From: Balanoglossus misakiensis
Taxonomy: Eukaryota > Animalia > Hemichordata
DNA: 64,000 nt
Direction of reading: 5' to 3'
NCBI GenBank assembly: GCA_040954595.2
Contig: CM082596.2
Span: 9,692,461 to 9,756,460, forward strand
Below are positions 12,001 to 23,660 of the stretch, one piece after another. How positions within the stretch are numbered: position 1 is the stretch's first letter; every line of letters starts with the position of its first letter. Position numbers and translations under genes: made by a program. Below the pieces are notes generated by a model, which saw nothing but the letters and a program-made list of their open reading frames with translations, ran no database searches and was not told where the DNA came from.

Positions 12001-12208
12001 GCCATTTATTGAAGAGGGGCCACTCCCTCCACCTCCTCCGCCCCCTCTACCACCAAAAACGTCCGCTTCTGTTTCGGCGGTTGCCTCTAAAACTTCTCGT
12101 GTAAGGGAAACTAAGGACGTCAAATTAAAAGTCCACATTCCCATGGAGAGGAAAGATACTAGTCGTAGTGTACGGGACGCCATGATTGAGTACGGCTCAC
12201 CCCCTTAA
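9034..12208 (+). pseudogene. env: Envelope: class I (F-type) fusion glycoprotein with long C-terminal extension; frameshift near 10745
   Basis: Signal-peptide-like N-terminus, furin site RSKR followed by fusion peptide EAFIPIIGKLSKSLFGTA, heptad region, Cys-rich region, N-glycosylation sequons; TM segments in the overlapping ORF 10658..12208. Confidence 0.88.
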
Positions 12209-12520
12209 AGAGAAAGTATAACGGTATTAACTATAAGTTAAAACAAGACTAACGATAACAAAAGATGGAATATATGAATATATGAAAAGACTAAGGACGA
12301 GAAATTAAAATTTGTTTTTACTTAACGAGTAGGGCGCCATAGAAATTAGCTTAGTTTTTTTTACATATATACGTATTTTATATTAACCTTGTGCACATGT
12401 GTGTGTTTTGCTTATATCCGCTTCGTTTATGTATTTTTTACTTTTTCATTTTTACTGAGATTTGTATTCTTCATTGAGTATTTTTTTGTAACGATCAATG
12501 CGGGTCGCATTGCTTTAAAT

Positions 12521-12528
12521 GAAGGGAG
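12521..12528 (+). promoter_or_regulatory. Polypurine tract
   Basis: gaagggag immediately before the 3' LTR TG. Confidence 0.8.
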
Positions 12529-13248
12529 TGTTACGATATATAAAAATAGGAAAATTAAGAATTTCGCTGATAATAAAGAATTGTAATTTCTATGATTAAT
12601 TTCCAATTAGATTAGTAACTCTGTGTATAGAGGTCAATAACTCCATGTATAGAGGTCAAATACTTTTAGGTAAGACATTAATTAATAGCCACAACATTTA
12701 ATTACCTTGGAGATATCGAGTACCTTACAAATAATGAGACCTGGGAATTTCAATCAACGAATGAGTTTTACTTACATATTTTACGTAATGTACCTCTATA
12801 TTATTAAAATACGAGGGAGGAGATGTTTGCATACGATGGTTGCTAGTCCTTGTATTTGATCACCTTCAGTTGGTCGTGATCTTGACAGACATAATTTCTT
12901 CTTTGAGAACCGACAGCCAATCCGAAGGATATTTCAGTGTGTAATAATTTTGTAATTGGACGATCAAGAATATGCCGATGTGTTGTAAAGTTGTAATTGG
13001 ACAATGAGAATCACGCTATGATGAATCTTTGATTTCTCTTCTTTCTCAAAGACATATAAACTCTGTAATTTCTTGCTTTTGGGTAGAACAACCATCTTGC
13101 AGACAACCGTGTGTTGTAAAGCCTTTGCACCAGAAATAAAGCATTCTGACTCCCACTACTTCCAGTCTCAACGAGTCTCTACTTTGGTAGATCCTGTACA
13201 CCTCTTTGCTACTGCAAAGTTAGAGTACCATCTGGACCAGCCGTAACA
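12529..13248 (+). repeat. 3' LTR (720 bp)
   Basis: Copy of 2114-2833, followed by TSD GTGC. Confidence 0.96.
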
Positions 13249-14281
13249 GTGCAAATAAGAGTTCCCTGCAACGCAGCGGTGTAAATAAGATTTCTCTGCA
13301 CCGCAGCGATCTGACCGTTCTTTATTCACTCCTCGGGGATAAAAACGTTTTATTACGGCCTAAAAACGCAGCGTAGATATTGAAATAAACTGGATATATG
13401 AAAATAATAAAAATTACAATGATAATGTCGTTAAAAGTTCTCACGAAAAAAAGAAATAAAAAAGTGGTCTCGAACCAACATCAGTTAACACCTTCAGGTA
13501 AAAGGTTAGCCTTCGTGAACCATTCGCCATCATGATGTGTACTCGAAAAAGGCGGAAATTTTCCGCACTATATTGCAGCATAACTCCAATGATCTTATTT
13601 GCATCTCAACGGTGCAAATAAGAGTTCCCTGCACCGCAAGGATCTGACCGTTCTTTATTCACTCCTCGGCGACAAAAACGTTTTATTACGGCCTAAATAA
13701 CGACTTTTTCGCTCCTTGGTTGGTCATGCGGACGGAAAGACACGGTTATAGCGAGTTTATCTTTCTCTCTCCTGAGCACTCCGTATTCAGACTTGCCCAA
13801 GTGAACTGCGAAAAAAAATGACCAAGTTTCCGAGCATGTTTCTTATACCCGACAGATAAAAAACGCAGCGTAGATATTGAAATGAATTGGCTTTATGAAA
13901 ATGATAAAAATTACACTGATAATGTCGTTAAAAATTCTCACAAAAAAATAAATAAAAAAAGTGGTCTCGAACCAACATCAGTTGACACCTTCTGGTAAAA
14001 GGCTAGCTTTTCTGAACCATTCGCCATCACGATGTGTACTCGAAAAAGTCGGAAATTTTCCGCACTATATTGCAGCATAACTCAAATGATCTTATTTGCA
14101 CCGCAGCGGTGCAAATAAGAGTTCCCTGCAACGCAGCGGTGTAAATAAGAGTTCCCTGCACCGCAAGGATCTGACCGTTCTTTATTCACTCCTCGGCGAT
14201 AAAAACGTTTTATTACGGCCTAAATAACGACTTTTTCGCTCCTTGGTTGGTCTTGCGGACGGAAAGACACGGTTTAAGCGA
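13249..14281. repeat. Satellite array segment
   Basis: Same ~500-bp unit, marker at ~13529 and ~14026. Confidence 0.9.
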
Positions 14282-14850
14282 AACACAACGACATAGAAAT
14301 CCCAATTTCCGAAAAACAAGGTTTTTTGAGATTTTTTTGACAAAATACCTAAAAATCCTTAATAAATTACATTGATTCTTGTATATTATCAACCAAAAAT
14401 TAAAAAGCTAACAAATATAACTTTGAACTGACTTTTTTTCTTAATTTTATTCTAGAATCAGGAAAACACTGGAATTTGTGTCTTTGGTTAATATTTAGGA
14501 AAAACATATATTTGGAATAATTTCCCGGAATTGCCTTGTCAGACTTTTAATTTTCCTCAGAAAAAAATACGCACAACTTATACTTGCTTTTATCCTTGGA
14601 CAAATACTTATTTTTTTAACATTTGTTCAGAACTTGTAGCAACAAATGTTGATGAGGCAAGTTTTTTCTTGGAAATATACTAACACGCAAAGAATGGCTT
14701 TTTGGATAGAATAGTTCTATAGAAAATCAGAGTTTTATTGCACTTAAAAATAATACATCAAAAATTGACAAAGAAAAATCAGAATTTCTAGGCATTCAAA
14801 AGTGTACTTAATTTTTCTATTGAAGAAAAACATGTTTTCTTTTACTGTAT

Positions 14851-14998
14851 CTCTGCCAATCGGCAGAAAGTCTGCCTTTTAGCCTTCCAAGCAAGATACA
14901 AGATAGTCAACTCTGCCAATTGGCAGAGGCTAGAGACAAGATGGCTGACTCTGCCAATTGGCAGAGACCAGAGACAAGATGACTGACTCTGCCAATAC
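14851..14998. repeat. Left subterminal array of 37-bp units with palindrome CTCTGCCAATTGGCAGAG
   Basis: About 4 palindrome copies separated by conserved agagacaagatggctga linkers. Confidence 0.85.
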
Positions 14999-15882
14999 TT
15001 CCTTTTCGAGATCAGGAACGAGATTCTCGAACAGGGCGCGATTATAGTTCAAAACGAGGCTGAGGGTGACCAACGCAATGCTACGACAGGCTGTTCGCTG
15101 AGTGACAGTGAAAGCAGCGTGGACATCAGTCACCGAACGCGTACTCTCAGTCTGTGTGCACAGTACATGCTGAATCACAGGTAAGAAACTCAATTTTTCG
15201 AAACTTAACTATTTCATGGTGAGGATAATTCCGAGGAGCGTGTCAAAACATGTTTCATTTTGATTTTTTTCGGAATCTGTCGCCGGCTTTGGTGTAGCCC
15301 GCGTCCGGCCCACGATCGACCGTCCGTGGGTACGGGCGGAGGGGATCATCGTTAGCCGTACGACCACGTACGTCGCTGTCAGACGTTAAATGTTGTGTTG
15401 TGATTGAGTAACGGAGGTTGCATGATTTCAAGAGCCTTGCATATATGACGATTGGAAATTTTCATTTAGTCGTAGCGTAGTTAGTAGACGGACTGTTGCA
15501 CTGCAGCCATGGCAACTGTCCCGGAAGTTGTTGGGTTTTGCGTGACCTTGCAGACTGTTTACGATGTGGGACGACTGTAGTCTGTGGCAGACGCACTCAC
15601 TCGATATTGCATGATTGGTTATTTGCATAACTTGTTAGGTCCTTGGTCTCGCGAATTTGACTGACAGGTCATCTGCTATGATTTGAAATTGTGTGCCCCT
15701 GTACATGTAATTTTGTTGTGGGTTGAACAGGTTCTCTTGTCAAACTATGGCAACAAATGACGTGCCTACTAGTACTACATCTAAACTTTACACGTTTGTA
15801 ATAGTGTAAACATTTTTTTAATTGGGGTAGAACGAAGAAAATAATCCATAACTCTTTCACATTTGTTTCTGCATGTAGCAGC

Positions 15883-18229
15883 ATGGAATCACAAAACGTT
15901 GACCGGAGCAGCCAGACATTGGCAGCACTGAAGGGAAAGGTTTGTGTTTCTTCCTTGAATGGTATTAAACAGCTAACTACGAATCAGCTTAGGGCCCTGT
16001 TGACGGAGAATGGTGATTACCAAGATCCATCTAAGTGTAGGAAAGCAGATCTTGTACTGAGGGCATATGCAGTGATGTCTTCTGTAGGCGAATGTAGAAC
16101 CAGAAACTTACCCTGTGATGTGGAAACAAATAGGGACATTACGTATGGAGACTTGTTAAAAGAGACAATAGGAGGAACATGGCTGAGAGACTTGAGAGAG
16201 GTTCCACCATTGACATTTATTCAGCTCTATGAATATTTAGTGATAAAGACAAAAAGATATCACATGAATAAACTTGACGTTGGCAGGATTAAATACAAGA
16301 GACTTAAATCATACAGATACTTCTATGAAGGAAACATTAAGGATATGCAGGTTATGGTGAAAGACCAATATAAGTATTTAAAGGCTAAAGTTCTACCTTC
16401 AATGAAACCAAAGCCATACATGGCAATGATTGTCTTTTCCATAAGCTCATGAGAAGTTGTCAAGGCAGCCTGTGAATGTCCAGCTGGGTAACTGAAACTT
16501 TATTCACAAGCACAAGATGTGCATTTTTAGTTTCCTGCTACAAGATTTCTGTGGGCAGTGAATCTTAATGTTGCTCTGATATATCACCTTTTTTTTGTTA
16601 CACTAGAATTACAGAATTATAAACAAATATAGAGCTTGTGCTTTTAAGGAAAAAGTACCCATTTTTTTGGCTGTTGATTTCATTTTTTTGTTTTATTTTG
16701 TTATGTTTAAAGCGACAGTAGCTGTAACTTCTGAAGACTTTTCTGTTCATCTTTAGCAAAAACACTTCCCAGCATTTATATGAGAGCTTTAATTGTTATT
16801 ATTGTTTGTTAAAACACTCAGATAGTATGCATGCTTATAATTTTACATTTAGGAGTTGGTTCCCTTTAACTTAGGTTTTTCTGTAGTACATGTATGACAT
16901 TGTGTAACTTTTGTGTTGGGCACTATTATTTTAGTATCATAAAAATAAGCATGGAAGCATACACTGGCCTGATTATTGTAACCTATATGTTTACAGACGT
17001 TGAAATAATGGACTTGGAAAATGTTCACATGTTGGTGGTGTTCTGTTTGCATTGGAGGACTTCCATAGACGTGGACTTCATGATCACCCAGAGCCTTTAT
17101 CATGTACATCAAGACTCTCTGTATGGGTTGTACCCAGGAATCTCAAGGTAAGTTGCTGAATTTCAGTATTACTGCATCAATACATGTGTATACATGTATG
17201 ACAACACATACACATGTTGACTGGCCATGAAGGGAGGGTAGCAGCATATATTTGTCTCTTGAACCCTCATTTATACATGGCTGTATTTTATATTTTGGTA
17301 TCATCACTTGATATATCTGGTATCATAACCTTTGTCATGTCTGTTTCTATCCTTTTCAGGTTGACCCAAAACCTCTAAATGAAATCACTATATTTCAGCC
17401 TCATTATGGGAGGTCAGGGAGGCTTATGTGTCAGTCATCTTCAAGATATGATGTCAGGGCACCTCAAGATCGACAGCTGGGTGAAAGATTTCCAGAGCTC
17501 TGCAGCACATTACAGCAGTGTCTGTAATCCTCCTCGTTTTTCCTGTTTCATGACCTTCAACCACTGCAACATCTAGAGTGTACAGAAGTTGATGTTCCTG
17601 TCACAGTTGATATTACTGGTACTCAGGGTACCATGCCATTCAGTAATGACTATGATATTAGCTCAACATCTTTCAAGGACATGGTTGATTGCCAAGTGAA
17701 CAATATGAAAGTGTCAAATGATGAAATAAATGCCATAAAATTGAAAACAAGGGAACAAAGGGACTCGACAAAATGGTTAGAGATCAGAAAAAGTTCAGAG
17801 AAGCCATATTTGGGTGCAAGTATTGATGGCCTTGTGAAAGGAGATCCAGAGGGAGATGTGATATTGGAGTGCAAATGCCCATCATCAAAAGCAGGTATGA
17901 CTGTTGCTGAGGCATGTAAAGACAAATCATTTTGTCTTCGCTTAGATGAGGCGGGTCCACACTTGAAAACAAACCATGCTTACTGGCATCAAGTTCAAGG
18001 TCAAATGTATTGCACAGGAATAAGATGTGCTGATTTTGTCATTTTTTGGGGTGAGGAACTACCACTCTTTATTGAAAGAATTTATTTTGATGAGTGCTGG
18101 TGTAGAACATCACTGCCAGCAGTAGATTATATCTATAGAAGGGCTGTTTATCCTGAGCTGCTAACGCGGAGAGTTGAACGTGGTCTCACTTTATACACGC
18201 AGTTGGGTTGGAAGCCATATGTATCATAA
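15883..18229 (+). pseudogene. SWIM zinc finger + YqaJ/lambda-exonuclease-like protein (spliced, disrupted)
   Basis: Exons ~15883-16487 (CECPAG, TGA at 16450), ~16998-17147 (KCSHVGGVLF), ~17360-18229 (YLGASIDG, ILECKCP, YWHQVQGQM, ADFV); GT-AG introns. Confidence 0.85.
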
Positions 18230-18834
18230 TTTAGCTGTATGTTAAAGGGACTAATTCTGCCAATTTACGAAATGAATAAACGCAGAATCCATACATGTAT
18301 TTACATGCCATAAGTGAGTGTATTTTTTATTAAAACATATTTACAAGTGTTCACTGCATATTACATTTTGATACATTTAATAAATTAGATAAATCACACA
18401 ACTTTTTCAATGAATTCTTTGACCTTTGTATACAATGGTATATGTGTGTACCCATAAATAAATCATTACAATGTCAAAAGTTATTTCATATTAATATTAA
18501 ATGGTCACAACTTGTCATACTTCATTCTTGCATTTTTTGATCAACTATGTACAATAAAGATAAATCAGTTACACTGATACAGAATAATATCTCTTACAAT
18601 GAAACAGGACTGTATGTTTCCTTGATCCAATGAAAGAAAAAATCTGAATGAAAATTTAATATTATAAAGTGCACATTTTAGTGTCAAGTTGACCTTTTGG
18701 ACAGACTGGAGGACACAGTGACAAGAATAATATTTAAAGGACTGGCTGACAATCGTGAACTTGATTCAGTGATATTTTAAAGTGGGGTCAATGAGAACAT
18801 GCATGTCCTGCATGATCTTATATCATATTAATTT

Positions 18835-21049
18835 CTATTGAGGGGCAATGGTCTTTGGCGGAAGTAAAGGGGGAAGGAAATTTGTCAAATATGCACATAC
18901 TGTCACTAACTCATTGGTGATGTGTTTTAGGGACAATGGAATTACTCCATCAACGATATGGTAATTTTTCAATCTTCCAATAGCCCTTTCAACATGTATC
19001 CTTACACTTGCAATGTTGTTGGTCTCTGTAACTTCAGCTGAACTTAGCTGGGCACGGTCCCTCTTAAATGGAGGTATATTTAGAGTTACTCCAGGTGGTA
19101 GAACATCCCCAATTTCAAATCCCCTGTCTGCCATGACATTATCTCCTTCATCAAGTTTTGCAAGAATACCACAATCTTTAGTAATTTTGTGATCAGAGAC
19201 CCTCCCACCCCACAAATCAGAAACAAATATCACCTGACCATTTGGGGAAATTCCAACCAAAACCTTCCACGTGTTATGGTGTTTATAGGCTGACCATGTT
19301 TGTGATTGAGCAAGCATGGAGGAAGGCACCTCGATAAAGAATTCTGTGCAATCAAGTACCACACGTGTTGTAGGATATAGCTCAAATGCATGGGGCATAT
19401 TCTTTTGTATAGAGTGCTGAGAAGGGAAGGGAAACAACAACAAAAGCTCATGTGAAAGGAAAATAATCCATGTAGTGAAAATTTTAGATACAGAAGATGG
19501 TGATATGCCAAATCTGTCAGCCAAATCCTTCACAAACAGTCCAACCCTACATCTGACTAAAACCATAAAAAATTCATCTAATAAAGTAAGCTTGCGTTTT
19601 GGTCCCGGTTTTGACTTGGAATGATCTTGATAGGGCACGGATTGTTTCATCTGTTTTTCACCCTTCCAATATTGCAGTTTGGTGGCTTTAGGTTCAGGGT
19701 AATGAAAAAATGCAAAAAACTATCATAATTTGGAAAACCTGTATAAAATTGGACTGCACTGTCATCTTTGAAATTATCGACACAAAATTTTCTGTTTTTC
19801 AATTCATCAACCTCAATTTGTAGTTGCCCAAGTTTGGATTTTAAGTTTTGTATTTCTGCAGTACATTCTGATACTTTTTTCTCTAAATATAAAATATAAT
19901 CATTACACATAAAGGAAGGCTTAGTAAAACAATACGAATGTTCTTCAATGTGTTGTGGTGGCTGAACAAATGGCTGTGGTGGTTGAATAAAAGCACTATC
20001 TGTCTGTACAGCAGCATCTTTCAAACCAATCTGAAAAAAAAATAAAAATCACTCAAAATATAACAATATGTTGTAACAAGCACAAATCTGAGATGTCACT
20101 CACACGTCACAGACTATTATTTTTAAAGTGGCAACTACATAACATTTATACATTTAAAAATTTGAACCTTTCTTCAATATCACACTATATCGGAGAAAAA
20201 AATACAAAACATGTTTGAATAAATTATATATTTAAGTTTATTTCAATTGGGAAAAATATTTTCTTATTTGACTATCCGGGGGTAAAGTTTGGTGATGGTT
20301 TTTTTTAAATGACTAAGGTAAAGAGTCTCCATTAATGAATGATGCTTACCTTCTTGTTTTCTTTCCTATCTTCAAAGTCTAACCTTTTAACTGCTTTTGG
20401 TTTTATCAGGTTTCTCTGTTTTGGATGTTCTCGCCGTATAATTTTCTTAGCTGGCTGCACAGAATTCGGAACAGCTCCTACAGTAAGTTAAGATTGATGA
20501 ACTATTTAGAAATGTATGTTTAAATACATATTAATGCAACACACAACATTCTTTTACTCTTGCAGTGCTCATTACATAGCTGCCAGCAAAACACAAATGA
20601 TATTTTCACTGGCAATAGTATGCAAATAAAGTGTGAAAATAATCCCCATTGAAATTGTACCAAATTATATCCAGTGACTTTGCAGAGGCAACTCACTAAT
20701 TATACTTTTTCAAGTACCGTAAATTTCTGCCCCCATAAATGCAATGTCACAAACCATAAATGTTTACTAACAAGCTTTACTTGCCTGGTCTCAATTTCCA
20801 TATCTTTGCTCCAAATGATACTGATATGTCTTCCTTTTTGAAGTGGTTATGGCAGACAACAGTAGAACCTCGAACATGAAAGCCATCTCTTCCATCTTGA
20901 CGACATATCTTACTGCACCAGAGGTTCTTTGTTGATGGTTTACTGGGAAACCTGAAAAAATGGATTCCAGTTGGGTTTCCTTTGCTGTCCCTGGCAGTAT
21001 TTGTACATCCATATGCACAGCACTGCTTACCTCTACTGATTCTGGGCAT
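18835..21049 (-). pseudogene. THAP + Harbinger/IS5-like DDE transposase (DDE_Tnp_4 type), spliced, frameshifted
   Basis: THAP exon 20777-21049 (CCAYGC..FFRFP..W..VCHNHF); QFYTGFPN; LDCTE, GGRVSD, MADRGF, RIHVERAIGRLK in 18835-19650. Confidence 0.9.
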
Positions 21050-21720
21050 CTGTCAAAATAACAATAAAGCATATTATATATTAATAATAATAATTCGACT
21101 GAGGTATTGGTAATGACGCTGTCAAAATTTTAGGTGGCCATCATGTATTGTACGTATACTAGTTATTTATCACCATTGCAACGTACGCGATGATTGTAGA
21201 GGTCACTTCCTCATTCAATGACTTTGTCTGCCTGCAGGCCGCAACCAAGCGCACAGACAACTTTGATTCAATGTTAGGCTACAACCATTGAAGCTGAACG
21301 TACGCGGTAATAGATTACGGAGGAATATGCTTCCATCAACAATGTCAACCACAGCCAAGACCCTGCCGCAGCTAAGCTAAATAATCAGAAAGTTTCACTT
21401 TGCTTGCTTTTCTGCGCGCTACGGCATACGGCTTGTCAGTTTTGTACTTATCGTCTGCAGTTTCCACAGTCAAATTACAGTCAAAATGCCTTGTTTCCCG
21501 ACACTGAAATATCGTGAACATTCACAAAACCTTCTAAAATGACTAATCAGTAAAGTTAACTCTCTTTGAAAACAATATATCTTACCTTAGTGACTTTTTC
21601 CGTACGTGAATGTGAGCTACCGTACCAGTGCCAACAACCGCAGCCATTATCGCGCTAGCTAGCTAGCTGGTCACCTTCAGCCTCGTTTTCGTAACTCTCG
21701 CGAGAATCTCGAAACTCGAG

Positions 21721-21888
21721 TATTGGCAGAGGCTAGAGACAAGATGCCTGATTCTGCCAATTGGCAGAGGCAAGAGACAAGATGGCTGACTCTGCCAATT
21801 GGCAGAGGTCAGAGACAAGATGGCTGACTCTGCCAATTGGCAGAGGCCAGAGACAAGATGGCTGACTCTGCCAATTGGCAGAGACACA
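21721..21888. repeat. Right subterminal array of 37-bp palindromic units
   Basis: Five copies of (c)tctgccaattggcagag with agagacaagatggctga linkers. Confidence 0.88.
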
Positions 21889-23159
21889 CATTAAACATCC
21901 ACTCGCTTAAAATATAAAAACTCCTGGAAATTTTACAATGAAAACTTGTCTGGGTCCAAAATGGTTATAAGAGTGGCTTGGCCAATCATAGAGCATCTCC
22001 ATTGATGTCGTTGTTCCCTGAAAAGAAAAAAAAGCATTCCATATGTAAAATATAATAAAAGCGCGACTTTGAAGGTTGTTGAACAAACATCAAATACATG
22101 TTACATGACTTACAATAAAGAACGCGATCACAACACAGGTGTGTGGTCGGAAAAGGTGGTCTTTCCTGACACACATGCCCATCGTTGAGGAATGTTGCTG
22201 GCTACAAAACTTCACAGGACGGCGACACAGTCACCATACATCACGGAAACAGAGAGACCTAGTGGACGACAATCACCTTATGGGTGTCCTTGTAAGCTTG
22301 ACACGTTTTCAATGGCCAGAACGGTTCACCCTTGCGCTTGTTGATCAGCCTGGAAGTTTTCTTCGATTCTTGTTTATTTACTTAAAGTGCACCGGTCTTC
22401 TTCCACAAGATAGCAACGCTATAACGTTGGACGTCGACAGTTTGCGCTGGGCACTCTGCTCAAACCCGGGTTTGAATCGCATCATTGAGAACTTTGCGAA
22501 AACCGTCGCTGTCCACAGAAACAATAGAAATTTCCGACAATCCGGAGATTTTTATTGTTCCATAGATATGTTTGGCGATTCACACCTTAGCCGCGGGGGT
22601 CGCCACCTTTGTGCCTGGATATATCTTATAACCCTTAACCTTTACTATTCAAATTAGTATTAGAGAATAGATAAACCATTATGTTTAGGTTGGGCCAACC
22701 TTGGGAAAGGCGCTTCAATGATTGAGTCCTAGTATGTTTTCAGTAAAAAATACGAACTGACGGATATATGTTACTGAAATCTTACATGGGTTATAATTTT
22801 TCAGTATGACTACTTTCTAGTATTTCTAGCTAGTAAAAGTCCAATTACTTCGCCTACTTGACCGGTGCTTTAAATCAGGAAACCCTTCAATTGAATGGAA
22901 TCTACCAAGTGACTGTGCCAAAACTAACTACAAGCCTAAGCTGGCCCGCGGCGTTCGAGGTCAGGGCTACTGCCAGGTTGTTCGGCCGTGTATCAGGGCC
23001 GTCTTCTGCGCCCGCCAGCATGTCGATTAATGGCAGTATTTTTTTCATCAACCAGTACGTAATTTGATTCAAGTGACGAATATGTCGTGCTCAGCGATCG
23101 TGCGCTCGAAAATACGTGCTCACTTGTGCAATTTGATAGCGACGATGAGCAGGAACTGG

Positions 23160-23365
23160 TACGTCAGCCTGGAAATCTTGCCGATTGTCAGTAGTCTTGT
23201 ACAGCCTGAAAATCCTGCCAATTGGCAGGGAGTCTTATACAGCCTGGAAATCTTGCCGATTGTCAGTAGTCTAGTACAGCCTGAAAATCCTGCCAATTGG
23301 CAGGGATTTCTAAGTCGTTGCGGTTTTCCTGCCAATTGGCAAGATTTCAAGCTATACAAGATTCC
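23160..23365. repeat. 36-37-bp periodic array with TGCCAATTGGCA palindrome core
   Basis: cagcctg(g/a)aaatc(c/t)tgcc(a/g)attg(g/t)cag repeated four times, plus an inverted copy at the right end. Confidence 0.75.
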
Positions 23366-23660
23366 TTTCCCATTGACAATTAAACTGCGCTCGTTTTTCT
23401 GTTGAAAAAAGTCAAATCAAATTTAGCATCGCTCAAAGTTAGTTTTTTATTAAATAAAAATATCAATGAGGGTCTTTAATGTAACATTTATGCACTTTTC
23501 CATTGAAAAATCAATTTCAAAATTTCCCTTTGACAACCATGGGTTTTTTTCAAAGGAATTTCGTAATTTTTGTTTAGGCTGACATTGATAATGAGTATTT
23601 CCATACAAAATCCGATTTTATCTTCGTTTTCGAAAATTGGGATTTCTATGTCGTTGTGTT

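Larger units (their letters stand above)
2114..13248 (+). mobile_element. Ty3/Gypsy LTR retrotransposon with env (errantivirus-like) and chromodomain
   Basis: 720-bp TG..CA LTRs at 2114-2833 and 12529-13248, 4-bp TSD GTGC (2110-2113 / 13249-13252), PBS, gag-pol (PR-RT-RH-IN order)-env, PPT. Confidence 0.96.
14846..21888. mobile_element. ISL2EU-type (PIF/Harbinger-related) DNA transposon, degenerate
   Basis: Inverted termini tgt(a/g)tctctgccaat(c/t)ggcaga, subterminal 37-bp arrays, convergent YqaJ and THAP-DDE genes. No clear TSD. Confidence 0.85.
14282..23660. mobile_element. Non-autonomous TIR element (AAC..GTT ends) inserted in the satellite, hosting an ISL2EU element
   Basis: ~34-bp TIR aacacaacgacatagaaatcccaattt(c/t)cgaaaa at both ends; flanks gcga / gcta. 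The satellite resumes in register at 23661. Confidence 0.8.

Noticed and set aside
21721-21888. CRISPR array (palindromic repeats at a regular period)
   Set aside because: The 'spacers' are near-identical and only ~19 bp, there are no cas genes, the context is eukaryotic, and the arrays sit at transposon ends.
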